Both the position numbers and the translations under genes were made by a program. Positions 49,351 through 60,786 of a stretch of 64,000 nt of DNA are shown here, piece by piece. The stretch covers positions 18,972,001 to 19,036,000 of the forward strand of contig CM022677.1 of NCBI GenBank assembly GCA_012295275.1. Direction: 5' to 3'. This DNA is from Chrysomallon squamiferum (lineage: Eukaryota > Animalia > Mollusca). Positions within the stretch are counted from its first letter, which is position 1. Every line of letters begins with the position of its first letter. The notes below the pieces were generated by a model, which worked only from the letters and a program-made list of their open reading frames with translations, had not been told where the DNA came from and did not search any database.

Positions 49351-51109
49351 ATAACAAGAATATAAAACTATCAAGATTTTGTTCTCAATACAAAGAAATG
49401 CGTTGTAGTCTTCAAAGCCTACACCCCTTCTGTTTGAATGGTATCTTCCTCTCACAGTGTATCGTCGGTCAAAACCGGCATCTTCCGTACAAACAACTTC
49501 CGTCAGAAATCGTGATTAGATAAGAAGAAAGGAGAATTGTTTTTCAGATGTTAAAATTTACATTTCTTCATTGAAAGGTTAGAACATTTTATTAGTAGTA
49601 TTATTATCGTTGTTGCTGCTGATGATGTTTTAAGTCATATGTCACTGTTAATGTTAATTAGATATCTATTGTAATTTGTATATGCTTAAACTAGGAATGC
49701 CACGGCAAGAGTAAAAGATAACAACACAAAGAATTATTTTTTATTGATAGAATCAATTGGAATAAATCGCATCCCAAGGCTGAACCCTGCAGAATATTAA
49801 CCGCAAACCATGTTAATATTAATAGGCTAATGATAACTCCTTTTTACATGATGCGGTAATCATGCTATACAAAGTTTGATATTTGGCTCATTACTCAATT
49901 TACTGCGTTACAGATACGCAGACGAGAAAATATGGCGCTCAGCTCCCATCATGGAGAAATTATTATAAAGCTATATGATTGGTCCATTAAAAAGTATCTA
50001 TTAACACTTGCCTTGTCCTAAACATTTTTATCGCTGCAATCATGGTTGTCGGCTAGAAAAATGTTGAGTGGGTTACTTACTGGGCATGGAATTAATGATG
50101 ATGGGCAGAATAACCTTGAAGCAGAAATATTTATTTATTATTTTATATCAGTAAATGAGTAATCTTTCTCTTTTTTTTTTTTTTTTTTTATACCTGACAA
50201 ATTATTTATTTAGTTAGAGTAATAAATTGATTTTACAGAATATATTAAAACAAAATCTGATTTAGTTTTTAAAATGTCACCCAGTTTAAGTTTTGTCATG
50301 CAGTTCTTTCTTTATATGTGAACTATTCAGTCTATTGTTACTTTGTAAAGCAATCTATTGGAAAGAATATTTTGTGATATTTTATACATATTTGTACCTA
50401 CTCCAGTGCATTCAGTATGGTAATACAATTTTATGTGATTATTAAAATAAAATATACTGTAATCACTTCACTTCATATTTAATTATTTCCATTATTCTAT
50501 TCACTATTAGTAGGTTTCTTATTTTTACCTGTTTTTGTTGTTTATTTTCTGGTTAATTTTTATTTTATTCTTAGTTATGATATCTTTCCTGTATTATTAT
50601 TATTATTATTTTCAGAGATACCCAGACAAGACAAAACCAATAAAAATGAAGGCAGCTGAATAACTTTATTGCAGTTGTGAAAACTTAACAAAATGGAACA
50701 CAAGAACTTTGTGAGTCAACAATGTTGTGTTTAGATAACAGTGATTATTTACTTAATAATACTCATGTAAATGTATTAATCATTTTACCATTCTCATAAA
50801 GAAATTATTGTAATTTTATGCATCATCTTTTTCTAATCAGATTTTCAAATTATTTTGAAACTAAATTGTTTAACTCTTCTCACTGTATCCTTTATTTATT
50901 ACCAAACAGTACTATTCTTATTATTACTATTGTTATTATTATTATTATCTTCCTTTTCTTATTTTTTCATTTTTTTCTTCATTATTATTATTATTATTAT
51001 TATTTTTTTTTATTATTCTTCTTGATCTTGCTTTACAACAATGACAGTCACATTTCACTTGTCAATTCTGTTTGTGGTAGTCTGAAATTTATTACCAAAC
51101 AGTNCTTTT

Positions 51110-52830
51110 AAAGAAATTCTTCAGACCGAAATGAATAAAAAGGTTGAGCAACTTTGTCATGATTTGGATGCCTGGAAAGTGGAAACAACAAAGGATGATA
51201 GAACAATTGGTAAAAAAAAAATTAATAGCAGAATATACAGGAGAAATCCACAAAGAACAAGACAGGCTAAATAACAAATGAGGAAACAGAAAAATTATTT
51301 ACTGATTTAGGAAAATGGCAAACAGTGAGTGAAAAATGGTTAAAATGTAAAAACAGATTCCAGTTTCTGGACAGATTCTTCTTTCGAAGGGTAATAATGC
51401 CAAGTGTAAAATGATTCTTGGCAAATCAGTTAAAAAAGAAAGACATGTATGTTGACACTGGAGAAATTTCCACAAACAACCAACCACAAATAAAGAAACA
51501 ATACAACAAACAGGCAGGTGAACATACACACTTAAACAGGCTGATACCATTAAAAAATGATTAACATGAAAATACAATGGAAAAGAAATTCCTTATCTGC
51601 GTTCCTTTCTGGTGTTAGGTGAGGACAACAGTGATAGCAATAATTGTTGCATGAAATATTGTGTTTAGATAAGAGTGATTATTTACTTAATAATATTCAT
51701 GTAAATATATTAATCATCCTACCACAAGCAATCCACAAAGAACAAGAATGAAGAACAACAAATGCTGAAAACAATCAGATACTTCCAAAAGAAGAAACAG
51801 AAAAATTATTTACTGATCACATACGTCTGATTGAGGAAAATGTCAAACAGTGAGTGAAAAATGGTTAAAATGTAAATCAGATTCCGGTATAGAAATTCAA
51901 AATTCCAGAATCTGCTGATCTTCAGGACAAAACATACCAGAGTTTCTGGACAGATTCTTCTTTCGAAGGGTAATAATGCCAAGTGTAAAATGATTCTTGG
52001 CAAATCAGTTTAAAAAAGAAAGACATGGATGTCAGCACTGGAGAAATTTCCACAAACACCCAACCACAAATAAAGAAACAATACAACGAAGAGACCTAGA
52101 GACAAACGTGCTTAAAGAAAACGCAACAGATAAACAGAACAACATACGTGCTTAAACATGAAAATACAATGAAAAATATTCCTTATCTGTGATCCTTTCT
52201 GGTGTTAGGTGAGGAGAACAGTGAAATTGTCAGAGATAGCAATAACTGTTGGATGAAATGTTAGTGATTTAAAGGAAAAGCAGTATTAAAAATACATACA
52301 GCTTACTGTCAACCTTGTGGTCTTGCTGAATCATGTAATCAGCATGTGTTACTGTGGTTGTTGTTGTTTTTGTTCTGCCAGCCAAAAAGAAAGTATTGTT
52401 CTTAAATTTGAAAGACTTCTAACTGATCAAAACGATTACAACTGATAAACAGTATAACCATATCGCTACATTATCCAACAACAGACTGGTGGTCAGCATA
52501 TTGACCTACAGATAGACAGTGGTCAGCGCAATATGTCTGTTTTGGAGGAAATTGATACCAAAAAAAAAATGTCATGTTTCACAGTGCATGATCTACGTCT
52601 GACTGTTGTGTTGGTGTAATAATGTATTTTTGTTTGCGACGTCATCAAGATTGTGTCACATGACTCATCCAGACAAATCAGATTGACAGGGAGTGGTATA
52701 TTTTGGTTTGTGAAGTAGCAATGAGATTGTGTTGTTGAGTTGTCATGAGATGGAAATGTTATCCATGACATTCCTATGGATCACGATGGATCATCTTTTT
52801 TTTCTTTGTGTAGCAGTGAGAATAAGCTGT
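51110..52830 (+). pseudogene. Probable decayed coiled-coil + NHL-like beta-propeller (TRIM/B-box-type) gene with internal duplication
   Basis: Fragments read by eye: QTEMNKKVEQLCHDLDAWKVETT..EIHKEQDRLNN (coiled-coil-like), QPCGLA..VLPAKKKVLFLNL..LIKTITTDKQYNHIATLSNNRLVVS and SNEIVLLS..DGNVIHDI (propeller-blade-like); many stops and frameshifts. Confidence 0.42.
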
Positions 52831-55469
52831 ATACAACAGAGAAAAATATTTGTATGGTGTAAAAAGGTACACTCCAAACTGCACTCAGTCAGTTTCACCA
52901 TAACTGTTTCGAAATTAAAGTCAGCAGACATTTTTCTTTTAATTAATTAATTTATTTTCTAATGGTACATTTATTAGCTCTTTCATTTTATTATTAATAT
53001 TATTAAAAATGCATTAAAATAAAATATTCTGTAATCATTTCAGGTTGTTTTTTCGTTTTTTTCTTTTTAATTTTCTTGTATTTCTTGAACTGTCTGTCTT
53101 TCTAGTTGCTTATTTTATTGGCTTTAGTGATGTTTCTTTGTGGGTGTGTATAATTATATGCATAAAAATAATTTTATTATTAATTATTAAAGTCAATTGT
53201 AAATATCAAACAATTCTTTTTTAAAGAGAATAAAAAATCTCCAGATAAGAAGAAAAGAGAAAGAGAAATAAATATATATATATATATATATAAAAAATGA
53301 CTAGATATTAAATACCATATTTTCAAATTTGGGTTATAGAGGTCATATTTTGACTTTTATTTATTGTACACATTCAAGTTAGTTGGAGCCAGGGATTGAG
53401 TCATAACAACATAAATAATGTCTGAACATGAATTTGAAATCATGTATGAACTATTTCAGTTACTTTACCCCTCTTTTCACTGAGGGAATTTAATAGCATA
53501 TGCTCCTGTCCCTAGATTCCATACTATCATTATGTGTGTGTGTGTCTGTGCGTGCGTGCATGTATGTGTGTTTGTGTGTGTGTGAGAAAGAGAGAGATTA
53601 ACATAAAAGTTGCGTAGTTTTATTTTGAGGTTGGTATTATTCTTTACATTATGAGAAAGGAAAACATGCAAACACTCTACATATTTGTATGTATGTATAT
53701 GTGTGTGTGTGTGTGTGTAGCAAAGTAAGAGCCAGGACAGTTACTATATCAAAACACCAATAATATTTAAAAGAAAGAAAACAAATTGTTTCAGAGTATA
53801 CAAATTTCAAATAACAGACAATGACATGAGAGAAGCAAATATAAATGAATAGATATATTCAAGTATGGATACATGCATAAAGCATGTGTGTACTATTTCA
53901 TTATTTCAACTTTATCAGCCATATTTACAGGAAAAAGAAATCTTTTATTAGTGTCAGCAGAAAGGTCTTGCTAAGTCACAAGATCAACAGATCTTTTGTT
54001 ACTAGGAGAGTGTATTACTTAATCTCCATCTCATTTTTATTTCTTTATTATTATTGTTGTTTTTATTTATTTATTTTTGTGTCGTTTTTTATATAATTTT
54101 TTCCATGTTTTTGTTCACAGATCTTTGCGGTGAATAATACGTTTTGTTATAATTCGTTAAAACACAAATTTATAATTTTCATGTGGTCATGGATCAATAA
54201 AACAATTACTTCTCTATTCTGTCTCATTTTATTTTATATCCTGCAAACTCCCCATCCCCATCACCAGTCAAAACATTTTACTGAAAATATTTCGTCTATT
54301 AATGTTTATTACTAATTTTCTGACGTTTTCTTAAAAGTGAATTTGATTTTGGAACAAATAGAATGAATGGTCAGAATAAATATAAATATAAAATAAAAGC
54401 AGTCTAATATATCCAAAAATCTTGGACGAGTTCAAGCGAATTTCTTTCATATATTGCAAAAATGGCGATTTTATGATATTTGTGAACGCTGAAACTTTTA
54501 AAATTTAGAAATTTTGAGATCTAAAATTATAATTCAATAATTTGCAGAAAGGACTGAAAGGATTTTTGATAACATAATTAAAATGAGTAGATTTCAATAT
54601 TAATAAATATAGATGAATAGAACGTTACATTCTAACCTCATTTCACAAATCTACATTTTTTTTATGTTTTTATTTTTAAAAATGATTCCATTGAATGACA
54701 TCATGTTTGGTCAAAGTTTTCAAAACTAGATGGAAGATAGCTTATTTGAAATAACAATCTAACAAAACATGAAAATACAAACATTTATGTAATTACTTAA
54801 TTAACTACTACTACTGCTATGAATGGTTGCCATACGTTCGAGATTATCGAGACTAGTCAAGCGGTATCTGACATTTGTCAGGTGGTGACTGGAATTCATC
54901 TGCTTGTGTCAGTTGGTTCCTGAATATTGTCTATGTGCAAAATCTAACCAGACATACACAGAAAACATGATATTTATTCCTTAATACATATATTAAAAAA
55001 GAAACAAAAACAAAAAATAAAAACCAAACGAACCAAAAACAAAAAAACATTTAAATTATTTTACATAACATTATTACGTAAGCATCGCAGGTATAATAAG
55101 TTTTCTTCTTTATTGTGAAAGAGGTTCTTCGTGCTACCCAGTTTGTCCTTTCCTTGATTTTATGAAATACTTATGATTTGTTTTGTAGTCCTCACTTCCT
55201 CATAAAAAAAAAAACAACTTGAATTCCGACTTGAGAGAAAGGACTATCTATCAATCCATCTACCCATCAATTCATCATCCGTTTGTCTGTCTATTTCATT
55301 TTTTATCTGTTTGTTTATTTCTCTACCAGTTTTCAATTCACTGGAAACCGAAATACCCATTTAAGAGGAGAAGAACAATAATGAAAGGGACTCCCAAGTA
55401 TAAAGGGGGAAAATATAATACAGAATATGAAAACGAAAACAAATGTTTACGGAAATAAATAGAAAGAAA

Positions 55470-55604
55470 ATGAACTGCACAGACGAATGTGATGCGTTTT
55501 TTGGAAGTACATTGCCCCCGGAAAATATTTCTGCCATTTCATCAAGAATATCCAGTTTTGTTGAGAAACACAACAAATTAGGACATAAGATTGTTCTCGT
55601 CACG
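55470..55604 (+). CDS. PPCS: PPCS exon 1
   Basis: [45 protein letters not shown], donor GTAAGA; an in-frame ATG also lies at 55443. Confidence 0.9.
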
Positions 55605-56183
55605 GTAAGAAACGTAATGTGTACGGATCGGTAGGAGATAAGGAAACGCGGATACGGAACGAACAAATTTCGCCAAAGGTTTTACTTAATATTATTTGTT
55701 AGTAACGTATGTTCTGCCGTTTACATAACCTATAAAATTATTAACACGTGTTAAATAATTAACCGGCCTTTAAAAAATATGGTTCCATACAACCGATGTT
55801 TGCTAAAATAGTTTTTTTTTAAATAATAACACTGCTTAGAAAATATATATTTGGAACTGTAGTGATAGAGTCAAAATAGGGAAATATTTTAGAAAACGAC
55901 TTGGAAGTAAACTAGATAGTTTTTCATTTAACTTTAAAAAGAAAAAAGAAAAAGAGGATTAATAATAATAATAACAACATTGGTACTACTACTAATACAG
56001 CTACTACTACTACTACTACTAATAATAATAATAGTAATAAATAAACAGATAAATTCATACATAAATAAATGCATTACTAAATAAATAAATGAATAATAAC
56101 AGAAATAATGATGATGCTTTAATAATCATGATAATGGAAAAATGCAATAAGAGAAACTGAAATTTGATTTGTAATGGAAGTAA

Positions 56184-56254
<71 letters not shown>

Positions 56255-57672
56255 AAACAAAATGATGATTATGTTAAATAATAATAACTAAATATATTAA
56301 ATAATTAAATGATTATAACTGAAAAAACAGGTAAGTTAATAAAAAAAAAAGAAGGTATTTAGCTTTTTTGTTTTATATCTATGTAGAAAAAAAACCTAAC
56401 TGAATTTCTTCATGTTTAATTACTCATTTTAAAAAAAATATATATTATTACAAAAGAATTAAATGATAAAAAGAAAACAATAACAAATCAACATCAAGAA
56501 AAAAAAAAAAAAAAAAATAAAAAAGTAACAACAAACAAACAAAACAACACGAAAAATCCAATTAATTTTTAACACTCTCCCTTTTTTTTTGAATTTCAGT
56601 CAGGGGGGACAACTGTGCCACTAGAGAGCAGGACTGTGAGGTTTATAGACAACTTTAGTGTGGGGACAAGGGGATCTGCATCAGCAGAGTATCTTTCAGA
56701 TTTAATTAACAAATTTTTCCTTAATAATCATTAGCACTGTAGAGCTAAAGCATAATTTTAACAGAGGGGTCATGACCTAGCTTCGTTGTCATGGAAATCA
56801 CAAGCGCCCTCTTCATTGTTTAGTAAATCAGCTGGAACCAAAAGTGAGGTGTGGAATTGTTTATTTGACATTTTAAAAAGAGTAATTTTTGCAGTTTCTG
56901 TCATGTAGAAATACATGGTTTCTATATGTTTGCTCACATTAAAAGCACATATATTTTCCAGCTGTAGACATTTAAAATTACATTTTGCAGTTTGCATCAT
57001 ATTTTGATAATTATAGTTTTAAAAAATATCTTGTGCCAGATCAAAAAACTAAAAAACAATGAGCATTAAAAAGAAAAGATAAAAACAAAAAAAGAAAAGA
57101 AGAGAAGAGAATTATATTTTGATAATTCTTGCAACAGATCAAAAAATCTAAAAAAAGATAATCACATTTTGATAATTAGCAACAGACAAAAAAAAAATTA
57201 AAAAATACAACTAAAGAGAAACACCATGATAGCCTATATAATATCATCATCTTTTGAAACAACTGATTTTAGTGGATAACATCCTTGAATATTTATCATT
57301 GTTAAACAATGGTTATCAACTAGTATTAAGTTACAAAAACTACTGGATTCCTTAACAAATAAAAGATATTTCCTGAGCCAGGCATATGCTGTCATATTTC
57401 TTCACAGACAACGGTCACTTCAGCCTTTTTCACGTCATATCGACAATGCCCTGGACATATTGACTTTGAATGAAGATAATTCCATTACAGGTATGTCGTT
57501 AATTTGTTTTTTGTTTTTTTTAGATAAAAGATTATTTTGAAAGAGAGTTGCTGTGCTGTTTCTTCTATAAGTAATATTTGTTAGTTTAATTAATGTATTG
57601 TGTTAATTCCTTTATAATATGTATAAGTGTGTGTGTGTCTATATATATATATATATATCATCATCAACATCA

Positions 57673-57743
<71 letters not shown>

Positions 57744-60700
57744 AACTTTATTATTGTTGTTGTTTTTGTTATTATTAATACCTTTATTATTGTTATTATT
57801 ATTATGCATGTGGGGGTGTGTGTGTGTGTGTGTGTGTAGGTAGCTAAGTAGGTATTACCGTTATCATAATCATCATCATCATCATTTTCATATTGTTATT
57901 ATTAATACTATTATAATTACTGAGGCTGTTGTTATTGTTGTTATTATTACCTTCATTATCATCATCATCATCATCACTACAATTCTTAATACCTTTATTA
58001 TTAATAATATTGCACAAACAGGCACCACAACTATAAACACACATCTTTATACACCTCAAAGCTTCCAAATACATTCTATCTAACAACCATACTAGCTAAA
58101 ACTAATCCTTCTCAATTACCAAAACAAGTAATGAAGTAATAATAAAAAAAAATAACAATCCTTGCTTTCCTTGTGTTTCAGTTAAAGATGATAACAAGGA
58201 CACTAGGACAGTATCAGAAAGTGACACAGAATGACACAGTAATGAAGTAATAAAAAAATATAACAATCCTTGCTTTCCTTGTATTTCAGTTAAAGAAGAT
58301 AACAAGGACACTAGGACAGTATCAGAAAGTGACACAGAATGACACAGTAATGAAGTAATCAAAAAAATAAAAATTACATCCTTGCTTTCCTTGTGTTTCA
58401 GTTAAAGATGATCACAAGGTGCAGGTTGCAAGAACGTTAGGACAGTGTCAGAAAGTGACACAGAATGACACACAGTAACGAAGTAATCCCCCAAAAATAA
58501 CAATCCTTGCTTTCCTTGTATTTCAGTTAAAGAGGATCACAAGGAACAGGTTTTTGCAAGAACACTAGGACAGTACCAGAAAGTGACACAGAATGTTACA
58601 TTAATGAAGTAATCAAAAAAAAATAACATCCTTGCTTTCCTTGTATTTCAGTTAAAGAGGATCACAAGGAACAGGTTTTTGCAAGAACACTAGGACAGTA
58701 TCAGAAAGTGACACAGAATGACACAGTAATGAAGTAATCCCCAAAAAATAACAATTCTTGCTGTCCTTGTATTTCAGTTAAAGAGGATCACAAGAAACAG
58801 GTCGCAAGAACACTAGGACATTATCAGAAAGTGACACAGAATGACACAGTAATGAAGTAATAAAAAAAATATAACAATCCTTGCTTTCCTTGTATTTCAG
58901 TTAAAGAAGATCACAAGGAACAGGTTGCAAGAACACTAGGACAGTACCAGAAAGTGACACAGAATGACACAGTAATGAAGTAATCCAAAAAAAAATAACA
59001 ATCCTTGCTTTCCTTGTATTTCAGTTAAAGAAGATCACAAGGAACAGGTTGCAAGAACACTAGGACAGTACCAGAAAGTGACACAGAATGACACAGTAAT
59101 GAAGTAATCCAAAAAAAAATAACAATCCTTGCTTTCCTTGTATTTCAGTTAAAGATGATCACAAGGAACAGGTTGCAAGAACACTAGGACAGTATCAGAA
59201 AGTGACACAGAATGACACATCCTTGCTTTCCTTGTATTTCAGTTAAAGAAGATCACAAGGAACAGGTTGCAAGAACACTAGGACAGTATCAGAAAGTGAC
59301 ACAGAATGACACATCCTTGCTTTCCTTGTATTTCAGTTAAAGAAGATCACAAGGAACAGGTTGCAAGAACACTAGGACAGTATCAGAAAGTGACACAGAA
59401 TGACACATCCTTGCTTTCCTTGTATTTCAGTTAAAGATGATCACAAGGTGCAGGTTGCAAGAACACTAGGACAGTATCAGAAAGTGACACAGAATGACAC
59501 ATCCTTGCTTTCCTTATATTTCAGTTAAAGAGGAGCACAAGGAGCAGGTTACAAGAACACTAGGACAGTACCAGAAAGTGACACAGAATGACACATCCTT
59601 GCTTTCCTTGTATTTCAGTTAAAGAGGATCACAAGGAGCAGGTTGCAAGAACACTAGGACAGTATCAGAAAGTGACACAGAATGACACAGTAATGAAGTA
59701 ATCCAAAAAAAAATAACAATCCTTGCTTTCCTTGTATTTCAGTTAAAGATGATCACAAGGAGCAGGTTGCAAGAACACAAGGACAGTATCAGAATGTGAC
59801 ACAGTAATGAAGTAATCCAAAAAAAAATAACATCCTTGCTTTCCTTGTATTTCAGTTAAAAAAGATCACAAGGAACAGGTTGCAAGAACACTAGGACAGT
59901 ATAAGAAAGTGACACAGAATGACACAGTAACGAAGTAATCAAAAAAAATATAACAATCCTTGCTTTCCTTGTATTTCAGTTAAAGAAGATCACAAGGAAC
60001 AGGTTGCAAGAACACTAGGACAGTATCAGAAAGTGACACAGAATGACACATCCTTGCTTTCCTTGTATTTCAGTTAAAGAGGATCACAAGGAACAGGTAG
60101 CAAGAACGCTAGGACAGTACCAGAAAGTGACACAGAATGACACAGTAATGAAGTAATCCAAAAAAAATAACATCCTTGCTTTCCTTGTATTTCAGTTAAA
60201 GAGGATCACAAGGAACAGGTTGCAAGAACACTAGGACAGTATCAGAAAGTGACACAGAATGACACATCCTTGCTTTCCTTATATTTCAGTTAAAGAGGAG
60301 CACAAGGAGCAGGTTACAAGAACGCTAGGACAGTATCAGAAAGTGACACAGAATGACACATCCTTGCTTTCCTTGTATTTCAGTTAAAGAGGAGCACAAG
60401 GAGCAGGTTGCAAGAACACTAGGACAGTACCAGAAAGTGACACAGAATGACACATCCTTGCTTTCCTTGTATTTCAGTTAAAGAGGAGCACAAGGAGCAG
60501 GTTGCAAGAACACTAGGACAGTACCAGAAAGTGACACAGAATGACACACTCCTTGCTTTTTGTATTTCAGTTAAAGAGGAGCATAGGACAGTACCAGAAA
60601 GTGACACAGAATGACACGCTTTTAAAATCTTTCACCTCTGTTCATTATTTACTTTGTTCTTCACATCTGCAGACGACGGGATCGAGGGCGATGTTGTATC

Positions 60701-60753
60701 TAGCAGCCGCAGTGGCCGACTTCCACGTTCCAAGCAACAAGATGGTAAGGAAG

Positions 60754-60786
<33 letters not shown>

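Noticed and set aside
58128-60617. CRISPR-like array or Dscam-like mutually exclusive exon cluster
   Set aside because: There are no unique spacers and the context is eukaryotic; units are near-identical partial exons with only weak donor-like sites and non-symmetric phase.
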